From an uncultured Candidatus Saccharibacteria bacterium (lineage in GTDB: Bacteria > Patescibacteriota > Minisyncoccia > UBA6257 > 02-FULL-45-10c), in the NCBI GenBank assembly GCA_964355085.1, contig CAYHBW010000002.1:6-64005 (forward strand): DNA of 64,000 nt, in the 5' to 3' direction. The position numbers were made by a program, and so were the translations under genes. Position 1 is the first letter of the stretch; every line of letters starts with the position of its first letter. Shown piece after piece: positions 1-10,202 of the stretch. The notes beneath the pieces were generated by a model that was not told the DNA's origin, did no database searches, and was given only the letters and a program-made list of their open reading frames with translations.

Positions 1-2
1 TC

Positions 3-173
3 GAGGAGATTTTGAAGACTTTGGCGTCATTTTATGAGCAGGAAGTCGATAATTCCGTCAAAACCATGGTTGCTTTCATTGAACCGGTACTTCTTCTCAT
101 CATAGGCGTGCTTATCGGCACCATCGCTTTGTCGGTCATTGTCCCGATTTATCAGCTCGTCGGTGGCATCTAA
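3..173 (+). CDS. pilC: Type IV pilus/T2SS inner-membrane platform protein (PilC/GspF family), 3' end only
   Basis: Manual translation EEILKTLASFYEQEVDNSVKTMVAFIEPVLLLIIGVLIGTIALSVIVPIYQLVGGI* matches the GspF/PilC C-terminus (FYE-EV, IEP, PIY); pilin genes follow. Confidence 0.9.
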   Translation, partial: EEILKTLASFYEQEVDNSVKTMVAFIEPVLLLIIGVLIGTIALSVIVPIYQLVGGI

Positions 174-232
174 CTTCCGATCTGTGTTAAAATAAAATCA
201 ATATCATTTTGTTCCGTATGCGGAATTAATCT

Positions 233-3200
233 ATGTCAAAAAGATCCGGCTACACCTTCTTCGAGCTAATGATAGTCATCGGCGTGGCGATAATCTTCGG
301 CTCCGTCGCCCTTCTCAATCTCCCGACCGGTCTCCGGACCAAGCTGGAAATAGACAATGCCATCAACAATCTCAAATCCCACCTCATATTGGGCCAGCAG
401 AGAGCCATCTCGCAGGAGAACGGATCCAGATGGGGAATCCATTTAGACACTTCGATATCCGGACAGCACTTTTACCAGATTTTCTACGGAGACTCCTATG
501 AGACCGGAATCGTCGTCGAAACTGTCTATCTTCCGGATGGAATAATCTTCTTGAATCCATCCGATGGAAACACTGAAGACATAATATTTGAGAAAGTGAC
601 CGGTTGGACGGAAGACGGGCACAGCATAGTCATTGGAATCGAGTCGGTTGAAGATGGAGCATACGATGAAACTAATTCCGAGAATCTTGTCATTTCTGAA
701 GGAACTGGACTGATAGAAATATCGCCGTCTGTGCCGCAGTTCGATATTTCATTGAATACGGATCCGGATTCCGGCACTGTTCAGCCGGGTGGTTCGATTG
801 ATTTGACTGTCAGAGCTGACATAACCGCCGGAATTCCGGAGCCGGTAGTTTTTTCCGCGGAAAATCTTCCGAGCGGCGTGATCGCTTCCTTCGATCAGGC
901 CGGATGCGTTCCGACCTGTTCTACGCCGTTGAATCTGCAGACTTCAGAAAACACTCCCAATGGAAATCATTTTATCAGTATTTCAGCGGTTTCCGGAGGA
1001 TTGACAAAGACCGCAGTTTTTCCGTTATCTGTCAATTTTCAATCCGTTCCCGGTATTCCGGAAGGTTTTTCCGCGGTAGGAGGCAATGCGAAAGTTTCCT
1101 TGAGCTGGCAGACCCCTACTTTTACAGGAGGGTCTTCGATAAATAATTACAGAGTGTATCGAAGCACTGTTCCCGGGAATGAAACATATATCGGAGATGC
1201 CGGAGTTTCTTTATCGTATGTCGATTCCGGTCTCGTGAACGGAACCGTCTATTATTATAAAGTTTCCGCGGTGAATTCTGTCGGCGAAGGATCGCAAAGC
1301 GGCGAGGCGAACGCGCTTTCCGGCGCTTACGCGAACAATGTATCGGGTTATGCTTGGTCCCAGAATGTCGGTTGGTTGAGTTTTAACTGTATGAACGAAG
1401 GAAGCTGTAATTTTTTCGACTACGGCGTAAGAGTTGATCCGGAAACAGGATATTTTTCAGGCAATGCCTGGTCCCAGAGCGCTGGCTGGGTGAGTTTTGA
1501 TGAAGATTACGGTTGTCCGGCCACATTCATAAATCCTAACTGCAAAGCTAGGGTTTCCGGCATATCAACTGGCACTTTTCCGAAACAAGTCGCCGGTTGG
1601 GCTAAGCTGTTGAGCACCAATTCTTGGATGAGTTTGGCCGGAGGAACCACGACGGTTTCCACCGGAGCCAAATCCCCGATGCCCACCGGCCGTTACGGCC
1701 ACGATGTCGCTGTTATAGACGGCAAAATTTATGTTTTCGGAGGAAATCCGAGTAGTAATGTCGGCAGATTGAATCAGAAGTACGACCCTGTTTCCGATAC
1801 CTGGGAATCCAAGGCATTGCCTCCGACAAGCCGTGCTTTATATGTGTCGGCTGCGGCCAAAGACGGTTCCGGGAATGACAAGATATATGTGATCGGCGGA
1901 ACTGTCACAGGTGCTCCCGCTTATACGACCAGCGCGATTGTTGAAGAATATAATCCTGTCTCCGATACCTGGACTGCGAAAACTTCCATGCCGACAAGCA
2001 GGGATGGATCCGCTGCCGCAACGGTCAATGATAAAATATATGTCTTGGGAGGTGAAACCGGCGGAACACAAACCATCTACAACATCAATGAAATGTACAA
2101 TCCGACTACCAATTCCTGGACTACTTTGGCAGCCATGCCGGAAACCAGAATGGATGCCGGCGCGGCCGCGGCAATAGGGGCGGACGGGAAAGATAAGATC
2201 TATGTGATCGGCGGCTGGGGAGGCGGAGCTTCCACAGCGCGGAATACTGTTTTTGAATATGATGTTACAAGCAATACCTGGTCCGTGAAAGCTCCGATGC
2301 CTACTGCGAGATATGATCTTATTCTGGTTACGATCAATAACAAAATTCATGCCATAGGCGGCGGCGCGGAAACGAATGTCGCCAACGTAAACGAAGTCTA
2401 TGATCCGGTTACTAATACTTGGTCTGTGAAAGCTTCGACGTATGAGGGGAGGAGCAGTTCAGCCGGCGCGGCAGCTGAAGGCCAGGACGGAAACGACAAG
2501 ATTTATGTTTTCGGAGGAAACGGTTCAGCCAATTTTTCATCAGTTGAAGAATATGATCCGGGATTGGATAGGTGGACGGGTGTTTCCGTAGCCAGAAAAT
2601 CCCCGATGCCCAACGGCCGGAACGGTCATGGAGCCGCAGTAGTAGCAAATAAAGTCTATGTTTTCGGAGGAAATCCGAGTAGTAATGTCGGCAGATTGAA
2701 TCAGAAGTACGACCCTGTTTCCGATACCTGGGAATCCAAGGCATTGCCTCCGACAAGCCGTGCTTTATATGTGTCGGCTGCGGCCAAAGACGGTTCCGGG
2801 AATGACAAGATATATGTGATCGGCGGAACTGTCACAGGTGCTCCCGCTTATACGACCAGCGCGATTGTTGAAGAATATAATCCTGTCTCCGATACCTGGA
2901 CTGCGAAAACTTCCATGCCGACAAGCAGGGATGGATCCGCTGCCGCAACGGTCAATGATAAAATATATGTCTTGGGAGGTGAAACCGGCGGAACACAAAC
3001 CATCTACAACATCAATGAAATGTACAATCCGACTACCAATTCCTGGACTACTTTGGCAGCCATGCCGGAAACCAGAATGGATGCCGGCGCGGCCGCGGCA
3101 ATAGGGGCGGACGGGAAAGATAAGATCTATGTGATCGGCGGCTGGGGAGGCGGAGCTTCCACAGCGCGGAATACTGTTTTTGAATATGATGTTACAAGCA

Positions 3201-3655
3201 ATACCTGGTCCGTGAAAGCTCCGATGCCTACTGCGAGATATGATCTTATTCTGGTTACGATCAATAACAAAATTCATGCCATAGGCGGCGGCGCGGAAAC
3301 GAATGTCGCCAACGTAAACGAAGTCTATGATCCGGTTACTAATACTTGGTCTGTGAAAGCTTCGACGTATGAGGGGAGGAGCAGTTCAGCCGGCGCGGCA
3401 GCTGAAGGCCAGGACGGAAACGACAAGATTTATGTTTTCGGAGGAAACGGTTCAGCCAATTTTTCATCAGTTGAAGAATATGATCCGGGATTGGATAGGT
3501 GGATCGGTTCGGCTACCCAGAATCTTATCACTACGTTCGCTTACGGCGTTCAGCTGGAATCAAACGGAGATTTTTCAGGATATTCCTGGGAAGACGGCGC
3601 TCTTGGCTGGGTCCGCTGGAAAGATGCCTCTTATAATGTCGAGGTCAATTGGTAA
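233..3655 (+). CDS. Large pilin-like surface protein: prepilin N-terminus, FN3 domain, Trp/Gly repeat domain and two Kelch beta-propellers
   Basis: G|YTFFE class III signal with hydrophobic helix; FN3 motifs (LSW, YRVYR, YYYKVSAVN); 12 Kelch repeats (IYVxGG...YDP...W). Confidence 0.85.
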   Translation: MSKRSGYTFFELMIVIGVAIIFGSVALLNLPTGLRTKLEIDNAINNLKSHLILGQQRAISQENGSRWGIHLDTSISGQHFYQIFYGDSYETGIVVETVYLPDGIIFLNPSDGNTEDIIFEKVTGWTEDGHSIVIGIESVEDGAYDETNSENLVISEGTGLIEISPSVPQFDISLNTDPDSGTVQPGGSIDLTVRADITAGIPEPVVFSAENLPSGVIASFDQAGCVPTCSTPLNLQTSENTPNGNHFISISAVSGGLTKTAVFPLSVNFQSVPGIPEGFSAVGGNAKVSLSWQTPTFTGGSSINNYRVYRSTVPGNETYIGDAGVSLSYVDSGLVNGTVYYYKVSAVNSVGEGSQSGEANALSGAYANNVSGYAWSQNVGWLSFNCMNEGSCNFFDYGVRVDPETGYFSGNAWSQSAGWVSFDEDYGCPATFINPNCKARVSGISTGTFPKQVAGWAKLLSTNSWMSLAGGTTTVSTGAKSPMPTGRYGHDVAVIDGKIYVFGGNPSSNVGRLNQKYDPVSDTWESKALPPTSRALYVSAAAKDGSGNDKIYVIGGTVTGAPAYTTSAIVEEYNPVSDTWTAKTSMPTSRDGSAAATVNDKIYVLGGETGGTQTIYNINEMYNPTTNSWTTLAAMPETRMDAGAAAAIGADGKDKIYVIGGWGGGASTARNTVFEYDVTSNTWSVKAPMPTARYDLILVTINNKIHAIGGGAETNVANVNEVYDPVTNTWSVKASTYEGRSSSAGAAAEGQDGNDKIYVFGGNGSANFSSVEEYDPGLDRWTGVSVARKSPMPNGRNGHGAAVVANKVYVFGGNPSSNVGRLNQKYDPVSDTWESKALPPTSRALYVSAAAKDGSGNDKIYVIGGTVTGAPAYTTSAIVEEYNPVSDTWTAKTSMPTSRDGSAAATVNDKIYVLGGETGGTQTIYNINEMYNPTTNSWTTLAAMPETRMDAGAAAAIGADGKDKIYVIGGWGGGASTARNTVFEYDVTSNTWSVKAPMPTARYDLILVTINNKIHAIGGGAETNVANVNEVYDPVTNTWSVKASTYEGRSSSAGAAAEGQDGNDKIYVFGGNGSANFSSVEEYDPGLDRWIGSATQNLITTFAYGVQLESNGDFSGYSWEDGALGWVRWKDASYNVEVNW
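1730..3503 (+). repeat. Direct repeat: 847 bp (1730-2576) repeated at 2657-3503, period 927 bp
   Basis: The two copies read identically; the shadow ORFs 1838/2765 and 1911/2838 are identical and offset by 927. Confidence 0.95.
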
Positions 3656-3768
3656 TTGTTATTGGAGATGACATCGCTATCGGTTCTGATCCGTGCGACG
3701 GAATCAGTTTTGAATATCTTTGTTTTTGAGAAATCAGATTTTGGAATTCCTGTGTTAAAATACAGTTA

Positions 3769-5577
3769 ATGAGAAAGGGGCAATCTTTAATCGAAGTTTT
3801 CATCGCAATGGGGGTCGGAATTCTTATGCTTAGCGGAATCACGACCGCTTTTTCATTGACATTGAGATCGAACGAACACGCCGAAAAGAGCCGGAATGCG
3901 GCTATTTTGAGCGATGCTTTGATGGAATCGGCCAGGTCTTTCGCCGACGGCAATTGGCCGGGTCTTTACGGTCTTCCTCATGGTTCCGGAAACAAGCATC
4001 ATTTTTTGAATTCCGGAGGTACGCTTGCGGCGCAATCCGGCATAGAGACCGTCAATCTCAACACCTTTGATTATACGAGATCGTTTTATGCCGAAAATGT
4101 TTCCAGGGATATAAATGGAGACATCGAATCGGTTTACAATCCGAACAATGAAGATCCTTCCACGCAGAAGATAACGGTTGAAACTGACTATGTTATATTC
4201 GGAGCCGCCAGGAATTTGACTGTTTATTTTTATGTCACCAGGATGCGCAATTTTATTTTCATGCAGACCGACTGGTCGGGCGGGGATGGTCAGGACGGTC
4301 CGATTATGATCGCGGACGATGAATTTTCATCGGAGACGAACGTTGATTACTCGACTGTTCCGGGGTCAATCATGCCGGTCGCCGATCATGAGGTGGATAT
4401 CTATGTGGCGGATCTGGATAACGACCGCATCCAGAGATTCGATGAAAACGGGGATTTCATCGTGAAGTGGGGAGCGCAGGGATCTGATCCGGGCGAGTTT
4501 AAGAAGCCCTACTCCGTGGCGATCGATTCTTTGAATAATGTCTATGTCGTGGATAAGGATAATGATCGGATCCAGAAATTCAATTCCAGCGGCGATTTTC
4601 TTGCGACTTGGGGATCCAGCGGATCCGGAGACGGCCAATTCGGCCATCCGCAGGGAATTGCGGTGGATTCGGAAAACAACATATACGTCGTCGATCTGGA
4701 CAGGGATCGGATCCAGAAATTCAATTCCAGCGGCGATTTTCTCCTGAAATGGGGGACCAACGGAAACGGCAACGGGCAGTTTAATAAACCGCAGGATGTT
4801 ACAGTCGACAGCGAAGATGATGTCTATGTTACGGATCAGGACAATAACCGAGTCCAGAAATTCGATTCTGCGGGAAATTTTCTCCTGAAATGGGGGACCA
4901 ACGGAAACGGCAACGGGCAGTTCATGAAACCGGTCGGAATCGGAACAGACAGCGGAGATAACGTATATGTGGCGGACAGGGATAATGATCGGATCCAGAA
5001 ATTCAATTCTGCCGGAACTTTCGTGCGTAAATGGGGTAGCGCCGGATCTGATGCCGGAGAATTCCAGAAGCCGCAGGGAGTGACGGCCGATCAGTATGAT
5101 TTCGTCTATGTGGCGGACAGCAATAACCACCGCATCCAGAAATTCGATTCCGACGGGAATTTCGTCCTGGAGTGGGGGGATTCCGGAAGCGCCGATGGAG
5201 AATTCAATCATCCGCGCGGAATGGAATATATTCCGGCTGTCTGTACCGGAGAGTGCAGTCTTATTTCCAGTATTTTCGATACGCAGCTGGCCGGTGGCGC
5301 ATCTTTGAATACGGTCATGTGGCAAGGGACGTATCCTGCCGGGACGTCCGTGAAATTCCAGTTCGCGTCTTCTAATAACAGTGCCGGACCTTGGAATTTC
5401 ACCGGCCCGGGCGGTTCAAGCGCCACTTTTTATTCTCCTTCCTCCACGAATTATCAGAAAGCCATAGATTATACGGAACATTACGGCAGGAGATATTTCC
5501 GTTATAAGATTTTTTTTGAAATTAGCGGATCCTCTGTTCCCCGGATGGACGATATTATTCTGGGATTCAGCCGGTAA
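3769..5577 (+). CDS. Pilin-like protein with an NHL-repeat 6-bladed beta-propeller
   Basis: G|QSLIE prepilin motif; six 47-aa NHL repeats (F..P.GIAVD...YV.D..N.RIQKF), with DNA repeats at a 141-bp period. Confidence 0.85.
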   Translation: MRKGQSLIEVFIAMGVGILMLSGITTAFSLTLRSNEHAEKSRNAAILSDALMESARSFADGNWPGLYGLPHGSGNKHHFLNSGGTLAAQSGIETVNLNTFDYTRSFYAENVSRDINGDIESVYNPNNEDPSTQKITVETDYVIFGAARNLTVYFYVTRMRNFIFMQTDWSGGDGQDGPIMIADDEFSSETNVDYSTVPGSIMPVADHEVDIYVADLDNDRIQRFDENGDFIVKWGAQGSDPGEFKKPYSVAIDSLNNVYVVDKDNDRIQKFNSSGDFLATWGSSGSGDGQFGHPQGIAVDSENNIYVVDLDRDRIQKFNSSGDFLLKWGTNGNGNGQFNKPQDVTVDSEDDVYVTDQDNNRVQKFDSAGNFLLKWGTNGNGNGQFMKPVGIGTDSGDNVYVADRDNDRIQKFNSAGTFVRKWGSAGSDAGEFQKPQGVTADQYDFVYVADSNNHRIQKFDSDGNFVLEWGDSGSADGEFNHPRGMEYIPAVCTGECSLISSIFDTQLAGGASLNTVMWQGTYPAGTSVKFQFASSNNSAGPWNFTGPGGSSATFYSPSSTNYQKAIDYTEHYGRRYFRYKIFFEISGSSVPRMDDIILGFSR

Positions 5578-5578
5578 T

Positions 5579-6028
5579 ATGAAAAAATATTTTAAAATTA
5601 AAAATTTAAAATTTGAATTTTCGAACGGCATAGCCGCCCTGCCTTTGGTGCTTATGATCGGTGGTTTGATCGGGGAAATATTCGTCGCTCTGCTGGTCGG
5701 AAATTTTTTCCTGGTTCAGTCGGAGTCCGGTCTGCGGGCGAGTTCCAAAGCTTTTTTGGCAGCGCAATCCGGATATCAGGACGCTTTCATCAGGATCATA
5801 AGGAATAAGAGCTCTGAAGGATCGTATACCCTGAATTTCTCGGACAGTTCTGCGGATGTGACTGTCTGCCGTAATTTGCCGGAACCGGCCTGCGCGGGTT
5901 TGAATAAGGATAAAATCACGGTCCTCGGGAGATATCATGATAAGAACCGGAAATTTGAAGCCGTGCTTGATGTGAATCAGTCGACCGGAGAAGCGACTCT
6001 CGAGTCATTCAATGAAGTGGCGCTGTAA
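5579..6028 (+). CDS. Minor pilin-like protein (PilX-like, no Glu5)
   Basis: ATG at 5579 just after the upstream stop; G|IAALP then hydrophobic helix, AFLAAQSG motif, Cys pair. Confidence 0.65.
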   Translation: MKKYFKIKNLKFEFSNGIAALPLVLMIGGLIGEIFVALLVGNFFLVQSESGLRASSKAFLAAQSGYQDAFIRIIRNKSSEGSYTLNFSDSSADVTVCRNLPEPACAGLNKDKITVLGRYHDKNRKFEAVLDVNQSTGEATLESFNEVAL

Positions 6029-6062
6029 GACGCATTATTCCATTTGGGTTATAATTAAATTA

Positions 6063-7577
6063 ATGAATTCAATCTTGGAAAAATTGAAGTCGGTATTTCA
6101 TCGTCTGATTTTCCCGCACGAGGCCATTGCCGGACTTGAAATAAAGGACGCCGCTCTGCGTGTCGCAGAGATATCTTCCGGCGGTGTTCTGAAAAAAGAA
6201 GGATTGCTCCTTGAGCCGGGAATAATAGAGGACGGGATCATCCGGGACAGGACGCGCCTCGTCAGCCAGTTGAAGGATCTCAAGAAACAATTCGCGCCCG
6301 GCCTGAAAAACAGCATTCCGGTCATCGCCATTGTTCCGTCTTCGATCGTTTATGCGAAGGTCTTCTCCCTTCCTCTTCTTAGTGAGGAAAGCAGGGCGGA
6401 AGCGATTCAACTTAATTTACAGGGAATATCTCCGGTTGATTTCAAAATCGCTTATTCGGACTGGGAACAGCTCGGAGATCAGGAAAAAGACGGGTCGGTG
6501 GAGATTTTAGGTGCCTTCGCCAGGCGCGATGCCGTTGATTCCTATGTCAGCGCGCTTGAAGAAGCGGGTTTTTCTCCTGTTGCGGTTGAATTCCCGGCTT
6601 TGGCGATTGCGCGGGCCATCAAACAATATGCGATTGGAGTCGATATCGGAAAGCCGCAGGTTGTCGTGAATGTTTCCAGTGACGGCATCGATTTCATGGT
6701 CCTGAAAAGCGGGAACATATATTTCGATTATTTCACTCCGTGGAAGCTGATGAAGCTTGAGGACCGGGCTTCCCGTGAAATTCCTTTCGATGATTTCAAG
6801 AACACCATAGTCCGGGAGATTAAAAAAGTATCGACATTTTACGCAAGCCATTGGGGGGGTTCGCTGAATAGTCTGATAATCATCACCCAGGCCCTTGAAA
6901 AAGAGATATCCGAATTCATAGTCAAGCAGTTCAATTACGAGGTGAAAACTCTCGCACTAAGGGAATTCACCGATGTCCCGATTTCCTGGATCGGGGTGCT
7001 CGGGAGCGCCTTCCGCGGAACAATCCCGCGATCGCGCGATATTCTGATAAGTCTGGAAGCGGTCGGAACGGAGAGCGGATATCTTTATACGCAGATCAGA
7101 TTTTTCATAAAGGTTTGGAGGAATATATTGATCACTGTTGCGGTTTTTTTCCTGATCGTATTCATATCCGTGGACAGTTTTTTTGCCAAAAAATTGAATG
7201 AGTCTTCGGAGCAGATACGGCAGGTGTCGGCGATGCCGGGGGGTAATGAGGTCTCTGAACTTCAAAAATCAGTCACTGTATTCAATGGTTTTGTCGAGAA
7301 GGCCTCTTACGCGCGCGAACGGAGCAGAGGTTGGTCAGAATTGTTATCCAAACTCGACTTATTGTCCGGCAACGTTGAATTTATCAGGATTTCGATAAAT
7401 TCTGATCAGAAATCCGCGTTTATCGTCGGAAGATCGGCCAGTCAGGCCGAAGCCATCGCTTTCAAGAACAAGTTGGTAAGCGAGGGATTCAAGGACGCGA
7501 ATCTTCCTCTTTCAAAAATAGAAACCGGCAAAGACGGATTGGTGACTTTTTCAATAACCTTCTCCTTGCCTTCCTAG
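6063..7577 (+). CDS. pilM: Type IV pilus assembly PilM-like actin-fold protein fused to a PilN-like TM/periplasmic domain
   Basis: GLEI-D N-terminal motif and actin-like core, followed by a TM helix, coiled coil and a PilN-like C-terminus; pilus context. Confidence 0.7.
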   Translation: MNSILEKLKSVFHRLIFPHEAIAGLEIKDAALRVAEISSGGVLKKEGLLLEPGIIEDGIIRDRTRLVSQLKDLKKQFAPGLKNSIPVIAIVPSSIVYAKVFSLPLLSEESRAEAIQLNLQGISPVDFKIAYSDWEQLGDQEKDGSVEILGAFARRDAVDSYVSALEEAGFSPVAVEFPALAIARAIKQYAIGVDIGKPQVVVNVSSDGIDFMVLKSGNIYFDYFTPWKLMKLEDRASREIPFDDFKNTIVREIKKVSTFYASHWGGSLNSLIIITQALEKEISEFIVKQFNYEVKTLALREFTDVPISWIGVLGSAFRGTIPRSRDILISLEAVGTESGYLYTQIRFFIKVWRNILITVAVFFLIVFISVDSFFAKKLNESSEQIRQVSAMPGGNEVSELQKSVTVFNGFVEKASYARERSRGWSELLSKLDLLSGNVEFIRISINSDQKSAFIVGRSASQAEAIAFKNKLVSEGFKDANLPLSKIETGKDGLVTFSITFSLPS

Positions 7578-8119
7578 AGCCGGTTGATCTGTTTTGCAAT
7601 TGCCGCAAATGCGGACATCAGCAGGCGTTTATGCGTCGGGACGATGTTTTTCAGGACGAATTCGGACGCTTTTTTTTTCGGTGTTCCGGATTTCGACGGC
7701 GGACGTATCCCGATCCTTATTCTCCAGAATTTATTCGTTTTCAGGTGCTGAATGGCGCTTTCAATCCCTTTGTGTCCGCCGGAGCCCCTTTCAAAAGACA
7801 GCTTGTATTCGCCGAGCAGGATATCGGAGTCATCATGCATGATAAGGAGCTCTTCCGGTCCGGCTTTGAAATATCTTAGGGAATTTTTTATCGGTAGGCC
7901 TGATTCGTTCATATAGGTCAGGGGTTTGATGAATATGGCGTTTCCGTTTTCGGCAAATTCGAATTTTTTATCTTTCACCGTCTTCATCGGAAGTTTTTTC
8001 ACCTTGTTTATGAAATAGTCCACCGCCAAAAAGCCGGCGTTATGATAGGTATTTTCGTATTCTTTACCGGGATTTCCAAGGCCGGCGATTATTTTATAGC
8101 TTTGTCTTTCAGAGTCCAT
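7574..8119 (-). CDS. pth: Peptidyl-tRNA hydrolase
   Basis: GLGNPG, HNAGF, KPLTYMNESG, HDD, GGHKG and RIRIGI motifs. Confidence 0.97.
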   Translation of the reverse strand: MDSERQSYKIIAGLGNPGKEYENTYHNAGFLAVDYFINKVKKLPMKTVKDKKFEFAENGNAIFIKPLTYMNESGLPIKNSLRYFKAGPEELLIMHDDSDILLGEYKLSFERGSGGHKGIESAIQHLKTNKFWRIRIGIRPPSKSGTPKKKASEFVLKNIVPTHKRLLMSAFAAIAKQINRL

Positions 8120-8246
8120 TATATGGATAATAATACTATAAATATTCCCGCATGTCCTGCCGCAGGATATCCTGCCGGACTGCTGATCCGCCGATTGGCG
8201 CAGTTCGGTATTGTAATATCCGGTCTTTAGAATTAAAATACAGATT

Positions 8247-8783
8247 ATGCGCGTATTTTTATTGGCTGTTTGGGAAGTTCTCGAAGTCGTATTGGTGGCT
8301 GTTGTGACGGTTTTTCTGATCCGATCTTTTCTGATTCAGCCTTTTTTGGTGAGCGGGGCAAGTATGGAACCGAATTTCGGAAGCGGAAATTATCTTCTGA
8401 TTGATGAGCTGACTTATCGGTTCCGGGAGCCGGAGAGAGGCGAGGTGATTGTTTTCCGGTATCCGGAAAATCCTTCCACTTATTATATAAAAAGGATCGT
8501 GGGGCTCCCGGGAGAGACCGTAAATATCCAGCGCGGCGCGGTGAAAATAACCGGGTCTGACGGCAAGGAATTTGTCCTGAAAGAGGAGTATCTTCCTGTC
8601 GGGGCTTTGACTTCCGGAAACAAGACCGTAACGCTCGGGTCTGCGGAATATTTCATGCTCGGCGACAACCGCAATTACAGTTTTGATTCCAGAAGCTGGG
8701 GGCCTATGGACAGGAAGTACATAATCGGGATAGCCCGGCTCCGGCTTCTTCCGCTGACGGAGATCGAGGCGTTTACTTATTGA
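8247..8783 (+). CDS. lepB: Signal peptidase I
   Basis: SGASMEP (catalytic Ser), YIKRIVGLPGE (catalytic Lys), GDNR..S.DSR. Confidence 0.97.
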   Translation: MRVFLLAVWEVLEVVLVAVVTVFLIRSFLIQPFLVSGASMEPNFGSGNYLLIDELTYRFREPERGEVIVFRYPENPSTYYIKRIVGLPGETVNIQRGAVKITGSDGKEFVLKEEYLPVGALTSGNKTVTLGSAEYFMLGDNRNYSFDSRSWGPMDRKYIIGIARLRLLPLTEIEAFTY

Positions 8784-8853
8784 TAGTTAAAGAGTAAAAT
8801 GAGATATCAACCGAGTTCGACCTTATAACTTTCAACTTTAAACTTTTTATTGC

Positions 8854-10152
8854 ATGTCCAAATCAAAAATACAGGATTTCCAGTCGCCGAAGGGCATGCA
8901 TGATATTTTGCCGCAGGATCAGGCGTGGTGGGACAAGATCCGGAAAGAACTCCAGTATATTTCCGAATACTATCATTTCCGCAGGATAGAGCCGTCCTTG
9001 CTTGAGCGGGCGGAAGTTTTCGAAAAAACTCTGGGAGAGACTACGGATGTCGTCGAAAAGCAGATGTTCATATTCACGAGCCGGTCCGGAGATCGGCTGG
9101 CGCTTCGTCCGGAAGCCACCGCTTCAATTGTCCGTTCCTATCTCGAACACGGATTGAGCCATCTCGGCCAGCCGCTCAAGTTATTTTATATCGGTCCGAT
9201 GTTCCGGCGGGAACAGCCGCAGGCAGGAAGATTCCGCCAGTTCCATCAGGCGGGTTTTGAAATAATCGGAGGAGATGATGAGCCGGTATATGACGCGCAG
9301 ATAATCCTTTCGATGTTCCGTTTTCTCGAGCGGCTTAAGATCAAGAATCTGATCCTGAAATTGAACAGCATCGGTTGCCGTATCTGCCGGCCGAATTACC
9401 GCAAGAAGCTGATCGAGTATTATAAAAATCCGGCTTTCAAGCTTTGCCGGGACTGCAAGCGCCGTTTGCGCGAAAATCCGCTCCGTCTTCTGGATTGCAA
9501 GAACGAGTCCTGTCAGGAATACAAAGCCAATGCGCCGATTTCCTTGGATAGTCTTTGCGTTTATTGCAGCAAGCATCTGAAGCATACTCTGGAATTTCTT
9601 GATGAACTTGCAATCCCTTATCAGGTTGATCACCGCCTGGTCCGAGGTTTGGATTATTACAGCCGGACAGTTTTTGAATTTTTCACTGAAGCGACCGGAG
9701 ATGAAGGCCGGAAATTTGATTTCGCCCTCGGCGGCGGCGGACGTTACGATTATCTTCTGGAGGCATTCGGAGGCCGTCCGGCCGGAGCAGTCGGCGGGGC
9801 TTTCGGTCTGGAGCGTGTCATCGAGGTCATGAAAGCGCTGAAGGTGAATACTGGCGCCAGGCCGAAACCCGGGATATTCTTCATACATATCGGCGAAATG
9901 GCCAAGAAGAAAAGCCTGTCTCTGATCGAATCGATGCGCGAAGACGGAATTCCGGTCGTGGAATCTCTCGGGAAAGATTCCCTTGGAGCGCAGCTTCGGG
10001 CCGCCAATAAGGAAGGATCGGAATTCGCCCTGATTTTCGGACAGAAAGAGGCATTTGAGGATTCCATAATCATCCGGGATCTCAAGAACAGCGTCCAGGA
10101 AACTATTCCGCTCCGTAAACTCGTGCACGAAGTGAAGAAAAGACTCAAGTAG
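8854..10152 (+). CDS. hisS: Histidine--tRNA ligase
   Basis: LRPE-TA, QAGRFRQFHQ, LVRGLDYY, GGGRYD and GLER motifs. Confidence 0.98.
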   Translation: MSKSKIQDFQSPKGMHDILPQDQAWWDKIRKELQYISEYYHFRRIEPSLLERAEVFEKTLGETTDVVEKQMFIFTSRSGDRLALRPEATASIVRSYLEHGLSHLGQPLKLFYIGPMFRREQPQAGRFRQFHQAGFEIIGGDDEPVYDAQIILSMFRFLERLKIKNLILKLNSIGCRICRPNYRKKLIEYYKNPAFKLCRDCKRRLRENPLRLLDCKNESCQEYKANAPISLDSLCVYCSKHLKHTLEFLDELAIPYQVDHRLVRGLDYYSRTVFEFFTEATGDEGRKFDFALGGGGRYDYLLEAFGGRPAGAVGGAFGLERVIEVMKALKVNTGARPKPGIFFIHIGEMAKKKSLSLIESMREDGIPVVESLGKDSLGAQLRAANKEGSEFALIFGQKEAFEDSIIIRDLKNSVQETIPLRKLVHEVKKRLK

Positions 10153-10202
10153 TTAATTAGTTGTTAGTTAGTTGGTTAATTAGAAATTATTGGTATATAC
10201 GC

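Noticed and set aside
4420-5220. 141-bp-period DNA repeats as a CRISPR-like array
   Set aside because: They are the coding NHL blades of an intact ORF
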